Shown one piece after another: positions 1-12,367 of a stretch of DNA of 64,000 nucleotides. Numbering within the stretch: position 1 is the stretch's first letter; each line of letters begins with the position of its first letter. The translations under genes were made by a program, and so were the position numbers. A model generated the notes under the pieces. That model did not search any database and was not told where the DNA came from. It saw only the letters and a program-made list of their open reading frames with translations. The DNA is from Macrostomum hystrix (Eukaryota > Animalia > Platyhelminthes), in assembly GCA_950097015.1 (NCBI GenBank), contig CATNEN010000038.1:2976001-3040000 (forward strand), in the 5' to 3' direction.

Positions 1-225
1 AATTTCGCATTACTTCACTATTCATTGTTCCCCAATGCCAACATCGCTGTATTCTGTATCTGCCACCAATTTGTGAAGTTTCGTAAATGCGCTTTTCGCG
101 ATGACGTTGCTTTATAAATAGACGTAGGTGAAAGCTTCTAAAATTAGCAACCGAACGACTCAACACAGAAAAGTAAATTGAAACGCGGAGCTAATGACAG
201 CCCATTGCAGAATCTCGCTGACGAC

Positions 226-1273
226 ATGTCGGAGTCCAGAATGAACGGGTGTGACGCAGAAGTAGTTCAAGAGCACAACGGACAACATGGCGGAGTGGTA
301 GGCAAAAAGCTGTCACTGTTTTCTTGTCATTGTTTTTTTTTACATAAAAACGATCCGTTTGATTCGATTTTCAGCAAATTCGACAACGCTTGACTAGTTC
401 AAACGTCGGTAACAATCGGAATGGTGTTCTACAGGAACAGCAGCCGCTTGGCTCGAGTGCAGTCAGCGACAGTCGGAACGGAGCTTTGCTAGAACAGCCG
501 CGGCGGTCGTCTGTCGATAGTGCCATCTCGCTGTCTGAGCGGGACTCCAGCAGAGTTGAGAATGCGAACCAAGTCGACAGGAGCTCAAATCGACATGCAA
601 TTGTCGGGTGGTCCGAAGACAGTGGTCACTTCAGTGGCCTCTTCCCGTCGCATGGTGACGCTGTTGCCGCGCCCGCCATTCCGTCCAGCCAGTCTAGTAG
701 TTCAGGTGAATGTTTGTCGGTGAATGCCGGTTGCAGACATTAACAGAAGAACAGCAAGGATGTATTGTACCAGAGTCACTTGTGCCAGCAGCACACAATA
801 GCCACACCAACTCACCCAGAACACAAACCCTGCCCCAAGCCAGACACATTGTTCAGCTTTATAATTTCGAATCATATTGTCAAAATTTTTACTAGCTCTG
901 AAAACAGTAGGTTTTCGAATAAACAAGGCAGATAAACGTTTTGAGCGTACAGGATGGCGTTCAAAATAATTATAAAAATTCACGCGGTGCACAAGTGCCA
1001 CAACAACACCCAACAGACCGCATCTACACCACCCACCTCATTTGCTGACCAATCAGCAGCGTGGGCCAGAATGTTTCTATAACTTGTGGGTTCAAGAAAG
1101 CAACGTAATTGGCATAGGTAAAAGCTGCTGATTGATTGATCACTGCAGAAGATATCAGCATCCCGATGAGAGCCCCAGTCAGTGCCAGAGACAGCCCCGA
1201 GAACTCCGTTCAAGGCTCGCCGGAGCTTGCGCGCGTGCGCCGTTCTGCTGAAGTTCAAGACACATCATCTTAG
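226..1273 (+). CDS. Possible small 3-exon gene encoding a ~175 aa Ser-rich, disordered protein of unknown function
   Basis: Phase-consistent GT-AG model: 226-297 (MSESRMNG..GGV|gtaggc), 376-705 (ttcag|QIRQRLTSS..SSSG|gtgaat), 1149-1273 (ctgcag|EDISIPMRAP..DTSS*). TATA-like TATAAATA at ~113. No recognisable domain. Confidence 0.3.
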
Positions 1274-1277
1274 TCTG

Positions 1278-1402
1278 CCTTCCTGCTGACAACCTTCCTG
1301 CTGACAACCTTCCTGCTGACAACCTTCCTGCTGACAACCTTCCTGCTGACAACCTTCCTGCTGACAACCTTCCTGCTGACAACCTTCCTGCTGACAACCT
1401 CC
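1278..1402. repeat. 15-bp minisatellite (CTTCCTGCTGACAAC)n, ~8 copies
   Basis: Direct tandem copies visible; source of the (GRLSA)n ORF. Confidence 0.95.
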
Positions 1403-2476
1403 CTTCTGTCAGCCTTACGGTTGTACGAGTTGTAACTTCTGGTTCTGTAAACGGCTCAAATTCGTATTCTAGCACCTTGCCGATAGATTAAGTATATATA
1501 TTTGTTTATTTAGAATTCAACATGCGGCACTTAAAATTTAAAGCTAGTACAGCAATTTTATTAATAACCTCGACGTCATATCTTCACATATCTTAATGTC
1601 GAACAAACTCAGTATTTTAGTCATCTGTGCATGCAAACACTTTCACCCTATGAGCTCACTCACAGCACACAGGCAGTTTTCTCTGTGATATTTAGTGTGC
1701 TCTTGCCGAATTTGACTAAAAAGCATGTTAAGATCCAGTTACATATTTTTGCTACAAATAATTTCCATCGGAGGTCAGGATCTATTATTTTTGTCTCTTT
1801 TTCAGAGAAAGAATTTGAACTCAAATAAAGTACGAATTAAACAATAGAATAGCTTATTACCTATTTTTTAAATCGCAAACGATGTGCTTTTAACAACCTT
1901 TTAGTACGATACCCATTTGCGCAAGCATTCACAACTTCAAGTATTGGCACCACCTCAAGTATTGGCCAAAACCAAAAGTTTTAAACAGACCAGCCTTAGC
2001 TGCTAACACTCAACAGATCACGTGTGAATGCATTCGGTTGGCAATTATAGCTCGTAAACAAAGGTCTCACGATCAGCATTAGCGAATGTGTTTTCTTGTA
2101 CCTGTTTGGACTTCGTGTCTAAAGGGTGCGCTGGACTGGGTAGCCAGCGTAAGTTCGCTATCCTTGTCTAAAAGTTGATAAAGTTCCTGAACTGTTTAAT
2201 TGAACAGTGTAAGACGAAATTGACGTTTGGTTCGACACTGGATTAGTGCGGATAAGGGGCTGATTAGCAGTAGAAAAATCACGCCATTTTTCCTTAACAG
2301 TTTCAGAGAATAAATAATACAAATAATAATAATTATAATCTTCAGCCCGTACTACTGCGAGCAGTACAAACTCGCTATATTCCGCGAAAATATAAAAAAG
2401 AGTCGAAATTAGTTGCCATTTTGCCTGCAGCGGAGGGCCGATGGCCTCATATCCTACCTAATGCACCTGCGTCCCT

Positions 2477-2703
2477 GACATCCTTCGAGCTGTCCTCGAC
2501 ATCCTTCGAGCTGTCCTCGACATCCTTCGAGCTGTCCTCGACATCCTTCGAGCTGTCCTCGACATCCTTCGAGCTGTCCTCGACATCCTTCGAGCTGTCC
2601 CCGGCATCCTTCGAGCTGTCCTCGACATCCTTCGAGCTGTCCTCGACATCCTTCGAGCTGTCCTCGACATCCTTCGAGCTGTCCCCGGCATCATTCGAGC
2701 TGT
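2477..2703. repeat. 21-bp minisatellite (ACATCCTTCGAGCTGTCCTCG)n, ~11 copies
   Basis: Tandem copies; periodic ORFs in several frames. Confidence 0.95.
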
Positions 2704-3327
2704 TTTTGAAAACATTCCATCTGTGCAATGCTGAGCAATTCCTAACCCAGCACATCGCGCATAAAAGTGCAATTGTAACTCTGAATAACATGGCCAGATC
2801 CCAGAGGCAAGCCCTGTAAGCTCTATGAGAGAAGCTTCGTCACACAAAGGCCTTCTCCTTACTGTCCAAAAGCTATAATTCAACATTATATGTAAAACTG
2901 CGCGCATTCGAAGCTTCTTCGCCACCAGGTCGAGGTGATAATTGAAGGGCCGGGCCGTCCGCTTGCTTTGGTGAGCAGTTAGCACTAGAATACAGCATAA
3001 TTATAGCCATCCGTGTGATCTTTGCCACCCCTCTCCTTGCCAGGGACTCGAGCTGGTTAATTAGGGTTTGTCGTGGTCTGATCCAGCTAGAATTTAGCAG
3101 AACTAGCGGCAAAAATCTAGAACATTGCTTGCTTCTGAGCTCACCTCAGGTATTTGAGCCATTGCCAATTTGTCTTATCATTTTCCGACTCCAGCCATAT
3201 CCGCGGCATGTCGAAGGCTCCAATTGCACGACCCGAATTAATTAGCCCCGTCTCTACATGCTGTCTCATCTATCTTCCACGTGTTCTACCGTTTCTTTCG
3301 TAAATCGTAACTGTCTGTTTCGCTGTC

Positions 3328-3740
3328 TGGGACTGCCACAGCTGCTACTAAGGTGGGCGTGGGACTGCCACAGCTGCTACTAGGGTGGGCGTGGGACTGC
3401 CACAGCTGCTACTAGGGTGGGCGTGGGACTGCCACAGCTGCTACTAGGGTGGGTGTGGGACTGCCACAGCTGCTACTAGGGTAGGTGTGGGACTGCCACA
3501 GCTGCTACTAGGGTGGGCGTGGGACTGCCACAGCTGCTACTAGGGTGGGCGTGGGACTGCCACAGCTGCTACTAGGTGGGCGTGGGACTGCCGCATCTGC
3601 TACTAGGGTGGGTGTGGGACTGGCACAGCTGCTACTAGGGTGGGCGTGGGACTGCCACAGCTGCTACTAGGGTGGGTGTGGGACTGGCACAGCTGCTACT
3701 AGGGTGGGCGTGGGACTGCCGCATCTGCTACTAGGGTGGT
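3328..3740. repeat. 32-bp minisatellite (GGGACTGCCACAGCTGCTACTAGGGTGGGCGT)n, ~13 copies
   Basis: Units start at 3361, 3393, etc. Confidence 0.95.
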
Positions 3741-4299
3741 ACTAAGGGTGGATGTGGGTGATAGTGGCAGCCATAATTACACATTTTCAGAAATCTATCC
3801 GCCGTAATTAAGATTTGTCAGCGTTACTCTACATAAGTATTAGCCACATCGGAAAAAAACTGTTCCTTGCAGAGACCAAATCGTTGCACAATTAAAACCT
3901 GAAGGATTACCTGACTTTTACCGGCTCTTAAACAGACTTTTTAATTGCTACAGCCCTCAATTAAGGCTCCTACAATCTGCGTTTCTCAGCGCCCACTTCC
4001 TTCCTCACTGCTCGGCCCTGATTGAGAACACGCCAATTAGCCGCTTCCTACAGACCTGCCGACTCACTCAAAGAAGCACAGCAGCTGTGCCCGTGGGCCT
4101 CTGAGATGCTGATTTGAGCACAACTGAGCTTACTATAGAAGCCAAGAGGCCTGCTTGAGTACAGTCGAGCAGATCGAATGCCTCTTTGAAGCAGCAAATA
4201 AAAGCTTTAAAAACATTTCCTCAGAGGGTGAGCTTGGACCCCTGCGTATGTCTGTGATGCTAGAAATTGGAAAAAACCGAATGATAAAGAGAGATCCAT

Positions 4300-4982
4300 A
4301 GATCCCTGTAAGTACAGTGGATTCCTGCTTCTGATCCCTGTGAGTACTGTGGATTCCAGCTTCTGATCCTCTGTGAGTACTGTGGATTCCAGCTTCTGAT
4401 CCTCTGTGAGTACTGTGGATTCCAGCTTCTGATCCCTGTGAGTTCTGTGGATTCCAGCTTCTGATCCCTGTGAGTACTGTGGATTCCAGCTTCTGATCCC
4501 TGTGAGTTCTGTGGATTCCAGCTTCTGATCCCTGTGAGTACTGTGGATTCCAGCTTCTGATCCCTGTGAGTTCTGTGGATTCCAGCTTCTGATCCCTGTG
4601 AGTACTGTGGATTCCAGCTTCTGATCCCTGTGAGTTCTGTGGATTCCAGCTTCTGATCCCTGTGAGTTCTGTGGATTCCTGCTTCTGATCCCTGTGAGTA
4701 CAATGAATCCCAGCTTTTGATCCTCTGTGAGTACTGTGAATTCCAGCTTCTGATCCCTGTGAGTTCTGTGGATTCCAGCTTCTGATCCCTGTGAGTTCTG
4801 TGGATTCCAGCTTCTGATCCCTGTGAGTTCTGTGGATTCCTGCTTCTGATCCCTGTGAGTACAATGAATCCCAGCTTTTGATCCTCTGTGAGTACTGTGG
4901 ATTCCAGCTTCTGATTCCTGTGAGTACTGAGGATTTCAGCTTCTGATCCTCTGTGAGTACTGAGGATTTCAGCTTCTGATCC
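4300..4982. repeat. 32/33-bp minisatellite (TTCCAGCTTCTGATCCCTGTGAG(T/TAC)TCTGTGGA-like)n, ~21 copies
   Basis: Tandem copies with AGTTCT/AGTACT variants. Confidence 0.95.
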
Positions 4983-5294
4983 GGATGCCCTGGATTGATC
5001 GAAAACTCCTCTATGATTCGATGAACGTAAAATAGATTTATTCTCAAGAACATTCATTGTAAACGATAAAAAAGCCGAACTTGAAATCAGTAATCAAGTT
5101 CTAGCAATATCCTGAATCAGACGAAGCGCAATAAACGAGAGGGGTGTAACAGGATAGATTTAGAAGGTAGCTAAGCATGTTTGGAACAAACAGGTAGGAA
5201 GCAAAATAGCGAAAAAAATGTTTGGGCTCTTCTCGCACCACTTGGAAGCCGAAAACACGGTTTAAACTCAGCCGCAAAATATCCTGACAATGAC

Positions 5295-6960
5295 CTATCG
5301 AGCCTCAAACAGCAGCTGATAGTCACCAGGAATTCTCAGAATTCCCAAACTGCCACGCAGGATTTCATCTCGCTTGGATATGAATTCATCGACCACGCGC
5401 ACCTTGAACTGCTTCATCACAGCCGAGAAGATCAGAAACACCTCCATGCGGCCCAGCGACTCGCCAACGCACACGCGCCGACCCATGGAGAATGGGATAT
5501 TCTTCCCAGAGCCGGTGAAGCTGCCGTCCGACTTGAGGAAGTGCTCGGGGTAGAACTCCTTCGGCCTGGCCCACACCCGGGCGTCCCTGGACATGCCGTA
5601 GGTGAACGGGAAGATCAGGGCATCCGTTGGGAAGCTGTAGCCATGAAACACCGTGGCCTCCTCCATCGCGCGGTGGAACAGAGCGAATGGGGTCAGCGAA
5701 ACAATCCGATAGGCCTCTTCGATCACCGCGCAGGTGAGAGGCAACTGGTCTCTATCCTTCATGATTGGCCTGCGGTCACCGTCGATCACCTGGTCAAGCT
5801 CCGCCTGCACCCGAGCCTGCCAGCCCTGCTCGAAGGCCATGTAGAGCAGCAGCCACTCCAGGCTGCGGGCAGTGGTGTCTGTGCCGGCCAAGAACAGCTC
5901 CATCACCACGCGGAGAATCTGGCGATGAGGAGCGATTTTGAACTGTTAGATCATATGTATCGCGAAGAATGACTTTGGCTACACGATACTTCAAGCACAA
6001 AAATCCTACCTGCATGTCCTTAAAAGACTCAAAGTCTCCCTCTGCTTCGGCCTTACGCCTCTCCTTAATGTACACATCGCAGAGGCACTCTGGCTCAAAG
6101 GCTTCGACATTATCTCCCATTAGCGCCAGGCGCTCCTGCACCTGTCTCTGGATGAATTCGTGGATCTCCTCGTTTACCTGGTTGAGCTCGTTCGAGGCCG
6201 GGAACAGGCGCACAATGTAGTCAGTCCAGGGGAACAGGAAAGGCAGGTTCGACAGCGGCCGGCCGGAGAATAGACGCCGCACGGCTGAGCGCACGAACTC
6301 GAGCTCTGGATCGCCGCGTTTGAACTGCCTGCCGAGAGTCAGGGTGGCGATGACGGCGTTTGTAGCCTCTGTGAAGGCATCCAGGACCCTCAATGGACGC
6401 GCGGACTCGCTGGCATCGTGCAGAACAGCAAGGATGTCATCGAGCTGGATGTTGACCATCTCCACTGATCGATCGCGGGCAAAACCGAAGTCTCGCAGCG
6501 TCTTCAGCGCCAGCCGTCGATGTTTCTTCCAGAGGTCTCCCTCGCTAAATAGAAGGCCGCAGCCGCCAGTCTGACGTTTAATCAAAGCCGATCGAGTCCG
6601 TCCTATGAAGTTTTCATCTTCAAGCAGCTCTTTGGCCAGGTCATAGTCGTTGATAACAATGAACAACTGGGAGCCCAGACGGTAAGAAATGATCGGTCCG
6701 TACTTATTGCAGAGCTCCAATGCGGACTCGTGCGACCTCGCAGGGTCCATGTCGGGCAGGGAGCCCACAAGCGGCCAGCCTCGTGGACCCGGCGGAAGCG
6801 GCGGTTTTTGCCCTCTGCCTCCAGTGACCCTGCGCACGAGCCACACTGCACCGACTGAAACCGCTGCGGCAGCCGCTAGGGCTGTCAGGGTAGCTAGCTG
6901 ATCGTCACCACCTGTCTGCTGCTGCTGCTGCTCGCGGAACAGATCTAGAAGTCGCTGCAT
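5295..6960 (-). CDS. Cytochrome P450, CYP2 clan, microsomal, ~524 aa, two exons (6960-6010, 5918-5295)
   Basis: N-terminal TM (LATLTALAAAAAVSVGAVWLV), PPGPRGWPLVG hinge, C-helix WKKHR, I-helix ELFLAGTDTT, K-helix EAYR, PEHF, heme motif PFSMGRRVCVG. A 91-bp GT-AG intron at 6009-5919 joins DMQ|ILRVVMELF in frame. Confidence 0.93.
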
Positions 6961-8839
6961 TTCACTGCTGTGATTGCAGTTTTGATATTGACGTTTTTTT
7001 TAATTCACGAGCCTCACTGTGAGACTAGCCGTTCTTCTTGCTTTGTTTAACTAGCCAGCGCCCTGGCTTTGCCTCTTATGTGCTTGGTTGCCAAAAGCTT
7101 TTTTCAAGCACCCTTTAAGAGCCTTTAATGTGCATAATAGTCGCGTTGGTGTGTACATTTGGCGCGTACATGTCAGTCCATGCATTCTGTCTAGCCCAGC
7201 CTGGCTAAAAATAGCACGGCTGAACAATGATAGTACGCAGAGTGACACCAAAGGTCTGCAACATTAAATGCGTCAGTCTAACGTTTTCACCAGTATGTTT
7301 TTAATAGCCAAGAAACTTTTTGTGGTGCCTGGCGCAGATCGAGGTGAAGATCGCAAAAATAGTGTGTCTCACCATGCGTCACAGCACCAGTTTTCTTTTT
7401 TATCTACGTTCGTACGTTATCTTAACTCTCCCGAATCTCATCTCTCTCCTGTCTAATTGCTCTACTGTATTATCTCTCCATATTAACCGTGTCTGATCTC
7501 CACTGCCTCATTTCTCCCCTGTTCTCCACTGCCTCATCGCTCCATAGTCTTTGCGGCCCGATTTAATCATTAGTATTCTCTCCTCTGCCCCGATTGCCGA
7601 CCTCTGCTTTAGCGTCTCGTTTTGTTGACAGAATAAAAGTTCTTTCAAGCTCAAATCCAGGAGTTCTTCCACTGAGCTGTTTTCAAACAGCGGTTCTACA
7701 TGTAGGTTCAAGGGTCTAATTAAGCTGAGAGCTATAACAGGACGGGTCTGCGGTTCGCATTAACTCCATCCATTGATTATCATCACTGCCAGCCACCTCA
7801 CCATAGTCTTCCGGCAGCTCTCGAGTGTGCATGACACGGGCGGGCTCGGCGGATTGAATTACCATGCCGCCTGCTTGAGTCGGTGCCACTATAGCGGCTG
7901 CCAAATCCAATTTGAGTTTTCAGGCGCGCACTTGCTGTCTGTCTATAGCGGCTGTCTTGCTGGCCATTTTCAGAGTGCAAAGAGAGCCCCACTTAGCCAA
8001 CCCTTGTGCACAGGTTTGGCATGCTTGCAGTCAGTCCTGAGGCCGAGCTCATGGTCCTATCGCAAAGCCAACAGGCGAAATGTTTTGGGGTGCGGTCGGA
8101 CCAACGCGGCGGATCCGCCCGCGTCCATGACATTGCTCTTGTGGGCGCTTGGAGTATCGATGATTGCGCCTATTTTTCCTCTCCTCTTTCCACTCTGCAT
8201 CTCCCCTCTGCAACTCGATTTAGTAAGAAAATGAAGAAACACGAGACCGACGTAAAAAATGCAAGCCTTTTAAATTGCGGCTACGGGACCATTTAGCGAT
8301 TCGAGACATTTCCACGGAGAAACGATAGCAGACTTTGAGAAGGATGTCAGCAGTACTTCTGGCAGGTCTGAGCGTTGTATATTTTTTCATGGACGAGAAA
8401 CATCCAGACTCCAGACTCCAGAAAATTTCTTCTTTGCTAATTATGTCAATGTTCAACTGCCAACTAGCCTGGATTCGACTCAACCGAGTAAATTCTGGCC
8501 TCGATGCGCAGGCTTATCATCATCTGGCCATGCTCACCTCATTTCGATTCCCCACCGAGGGCCGACTGAAGGTCCGAGTAATTTCCGGTCCCGCAGCCGC
8601 CTGACCTGCTCAACTAATTCGTTTTCGTGAGCTGAAAGGATTAGCTCTGGGTGCAGCTGCCGCGGCGGGAACATCTCGGAGTGGTCCGCTGCAATGTCCA
8701 AGCCACATCCGCCAGACAACGCGACCATCCTCAGCCCAGAACCAACATACATCTCAGTGTACTCGCATCGACTCGCATAGCTAGGGATTATTGAGCTTTT
8801 CGAGCTCGATGAGCCGTCATGTTAGGCAGTGCTCTGAGA

Positions 8840-9505
8840 GCTGTTCAGTCTCTGAGGCAGCCAGGAACAGAGACTATATCTCTATCGGCTAGCTGTTCAG
8901 TCTCTGAGGCAGCCAGGAACAGAGACTATATCTCTATCGGCTAGCTGTTCAGTCTCTGAGGCAGCCAGGAACAGAGACAATATCTCTATCGGCTAGCTGT
9001 TCAGTCTCTGAGGCAGCCAGGAACAGAGACTATATCTCTATCGGCTAGCTGTTCAGTCTCTGAGGCAGCCAGGAACAGAGACTATATCTCTATCGGCTAG
9101 CTGTTCAGTCTCTGAGGCAGCCAGGAACAGAGACTATATCTCTATCGGCTAGCTGTTCAGTCTCTGAGGCAGCCAGGAACAGAGACTATATCTCTATCGG
9201 CTAGCTGTTCAGTCTCTGAGGCAGCCAGGAACAGAGACTATATCTCTATCGGCTAGCTGTTCAGTCTCTGAGGCAGCCAGGAACAGAGACAATATCTCTA
9301 TCGGCTAGCTGTTCAGTCTCTGAGGCAGCCAGGAACAGAGACAATATCTCTATCGGCTAGCTGTTCAGTCTCTGAGGCAGCCAGGAACAGAGACTATATC
9401 TCTATCGGCTAGCTGTTCAGTCTCTGAGGCAGCCAGGAACAGAGACTATATCGCTATCGGCTAGCTGTTCAGTCTCTGAGGCAGCCAGGAACAGAGACTA
9501 TATCT
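8840..9505. repeat. 52-bp tandem repeat (GCTGTTCAGTCTCTGAGGCAGCCAGGAACAGAGACTATATCTCTATCGGCTA)n, ~13 near-identical copies
   Basis: Period 52 (8841, 8893, ...); internal inverted repeat AGTCTCTG/CAGAGACT. Confidence 0.95.
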
Positions 9506-10111
9506 AGTCTCTCAGAGAGAAAAGTTTACCAATCGTTACCTATGTAGCTCGTAGTGGTGACAAAATGACGAAAAAGTTTAGAACAGAAGAATCGATTGAA
9601 TATTTTCTCTCTCTAGGAAGCACTGTTGCGTGTCCAGCCGAGCACCTGCTAATGGGCCATAGTAGTTCAGGTAAGGAAGAACGCAAATCAATGATGCGAC
9701 CCTTCGCTGACCTCCGGAGCCACTCGATTTTCTCATTGCAAGCGGTGAAGCAGTTTCGCGCACGGGTAGTCAATCAATACTGACAGGCAGTACCCGTTTC
9801 TAAGAATAAACCCACAATGTCAACACCGCACTCTCAACCCATAGAGGCATTGAAGTGAAAGTAATTATTGAACGACAGGGCACCCGCTCTTCTGATAGTA
9901 GGAGTAGATATAGATGCTTTATTTGCTAAGCAAACGATGTCGGACTCATATCTATTGCACTTTAGGATAAGGAACCGCTCGAATAGGCTTCGGTGATCTT
10001 TTTGGGCCCTACAAAAATGGAGACTTGCTGGGGTACAACTGTAGCGTATTCTTATGCTGGCTGACGACAAGACAATTCATCGCGCTACTTTTGAGTCAAT
10101 GCTGAGGATGC

Positions 10112-11251
10112 TTAGAGTGGCAGAGGAATGGCTGCTGCAAGCGACCTGTGCCGCTGCAGGTGGTGCTGGTGCTGGTGGCGGTGCAAGCAGGCCGGTACCG
10201 TGTCGTGAAGCATGTCCGTGATGGAGTTGCCGCGGCAGAGTCGCATCTCGCTGCCACCGACGCCGCCGCCCATGCCCGCGTTTGTGGCCAGGCTGTAGAG
10301 GCTTCCCTGACGGCTGCCAGCGCCACCGACGGCCATGGACAGGTGCGGCGGACGGCCGGGCACTGGAGGCGCTGACGACGGTTGCTGCTGCTGCTGCTGC
10401 TGAAACGGTGGCGGCGGTGGCGGCAGCTGCAGCGGCTGCTGATGAAGGCCATCAAGATCGATAGGTTTCTCCCAGCGCGACGCAACCGGGGGCGCGGCGG
10501 TGGCAAGGTTGCTGGTTCGGGTGGCGTCCTCAGACTGGTACTGCGATGAGGCGCAGCAGGAGTAGAGCAAGAGGCCGCCCCCGCTAATCACCAGGATGGA
10601 GCCGGCCGTGATTGCTGGACGGTGGCGCCAGACGTGGCCAACAGCGATGAGGCAGCTGCCAAGCAGCAGGAAGGCCGCGATGCCTCCAGCCACGCAGGCG
10701 AAGAGGGCTCGCCGCAGACTGCGTGTTCGAATCAGAGGCACTCCGCCACGGCCTGGCATCGGCTGTTTTCGCCTGTTGCCTCGCAGACGCCGGCACCGAC
10801 GCTCCGAATGGTGCAGCTGCTGATGCTGGGCGCTTTCCAGTGCTGCTGCCACCTCCTGAAGGAATTCGTAGCTCTTGCCGCCCGGGCCGCTGCCGCCGCC
10901 TACGCCACCAAACGGGCTTTCGCCGCTGCCGCACCACGGACTGCGTCTCTTGCGACCGCGCTGCCGCGAGAGCCAGCGGCGAAAACGGTCCCGCAGGCTG
11001 CCACTGTCGCCGCCGCTGAAGCTGTCGGCGTCGTCAGCAAACGGCCTGGCTGCATCCTGACGAGTCAGCTGACCCCGCTGCTGGGAGCCCTGCTGGCCGC
11101 CGCCGCCGTCGCCGCCGCCGCCGCCTCCGCTCTGCTGACGAAAGGTGTGCAGCTTCTGGTCGAACTTGTTGTTGCACTTCTCGCAATCCGAGTTGCTGCT
11201 GTTTTCGGCCGCCTCGTCCACCGGGAAGATGCTCGGCGATGGTGGCAGCAT
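10112..11251 (-). CDS. Single-exon 379 aa protein with two adjacent TM helices and low-complexity (Gly/Gln/Pro) cytoplasmic tails; function unknown
   Basis: ATG-started GC-rich ORF. Hydrophobic segments ALFACVAGGIAAFLLLGSCLIAVGHVW and AITAGSILVISGGGLLLYSCCA follow a basic stretch (RTRSLRR). Codon style matches the other real exons here. Confidence 0.55.
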   Translation of the reverse strand: MLPPSPSIFPVDEAAENSSNSDCEKCNNKFDQKLHTFRQQSGGGGGGDGGGGQQGSQQRGQLTRQDAARPFADDADSFSGGDSGSLRDRFRRWLSRQRGRKRRSPWCGSGESPFGGVGGGSGPGGKSYEFLQEVAAALESAQHQQLHHSERRCRRLRGNRRKQPMPGRGGVPLIRTRSLRRALFACVAGGIAAFLLLGSCLIAVGHVWRHRPAITAGSILVISGGGLLLYSCCASSQYQSEDATRTSNLATAAPPVASRWEKPIDLDGLHQQPLQLPPPPPPFQQQQQQQPSSAPPVPGRPPHLSMAVGGAGSRQGSLYSLATNAGMGGGVGGSEMRLCRGNSITDMLHDTVPACLHRHQHQHHLQRHRSLAAAIPLPL

Positions 11252-12367
11252 GGTTCGTGCTGGGGGCTCGCAGCGCTAGGGACGGCCTGTCAGGTTTTTC
11301 AGGGGGCGGTTGTTGAAAGCTTTTGAACCGTCTCACGGGGTGAGGCCTGCCTGAGGTGGGGGGGCCTGGGGCTCCACCGCGCGGCCAGTCACGATGGCCG
11401 GAGGCGGGCAATTTTTAGGATTCCTCGGCAGATTATCAAGCTGAGATCTCATCTCCACACGTCACCAACCCCCAGCCTGGCTGTGTCCAACTGTGACAGC
11501 CTGGCGTATCCCATCATTCAGCTGGCCCAACCTGCATCGCCGACTGTCCCTCGGCCTTTCTAGTGAGAAGGTTTAGCATTTTTTTCCAAATGAAATCCCC
11601 AGCCACACAGTTGGCAAACTCAGCTTCTCTCCAATCCCATTCGCTGCCGCCTCCCCTTCCTCCTTCTTTTGTGGGCTTCAGCAACTCGGCAGAAATTCAG
11701 GTTTGAGCCCGGCCCATCTAAAGTAGCTCCCTCTCTTTTCTCTTTTTAAGCTTCCTGGGAGAGAAAGGACAGACTCAGCTGGCCCGTCACGCAACGGCCT
11801 GACCGGGTGGGCTCGTGGGCCGCATCATTATTCGGAGGGGGCAAGGCCCATGGCTCTGTTGCGTTTCTTTTTGCGTTTCTCCAGATTTTTTTACTTCCCC
11901 AGAAGCCCAGACTGGCATGCGGCCTCGCTAGGTCTGCCTCCTCTAACTGCACTTTGCCGAAACAGGCCTAATTGTTCCGCTGCCGCTGTTTACGTCACCA
12001 GCTAGTTGTTTCACTGAAGTTAAGCTTCTCACTGAAACGATCATAGGTAGGAGAGGCCATTCTACTCAGACACAATCGCGAGTAGTTTCATTTTTTATCA
12101 TTCTCTCTATCTACTAGTCGTGCTCAGACCACTGCTCACTAAATCAATTTTGAGCATAATGAAAAATTTAAACAACCAGCTGTGGCAGCACGCATTATTT
12201 CACGTGGCTGAGTTCACAGAGGCTGTAAAATATTTGAGGCAACCGATATTGGAGTCCGCGCAACTCGCTATGATGAGAAACTATAGGGATCTTTTACGAG
12301 CGTATGGACGCTGAGAGTAAAGCTTTGTGTAGGAATTATCATGTACTGCAGTATTAGTAGGGGACAA

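Noticed and set aside
5181-5972. Antisense ORFs over the P450, the methyltransferases and the TM gene (e.g. 33471-34121, 49011-49955, 10622-11326)
   Set aside because: Shadow ORFs expected from high-GC3 codon usage on the opposite strand.
8840-9505. CRISPR-like array of hairpin repeats
   Set aside because: Units are contiguous and identical with no unique spacers, there are no cas genes, and the context is eukaryotic. The same applies to the other arrays.
7500-9800. Several short - strand ORFs with coding-like composition
   Set aside because: I could not join them into a consistent spliced model or recognise a domain; possibly a decayed gene.
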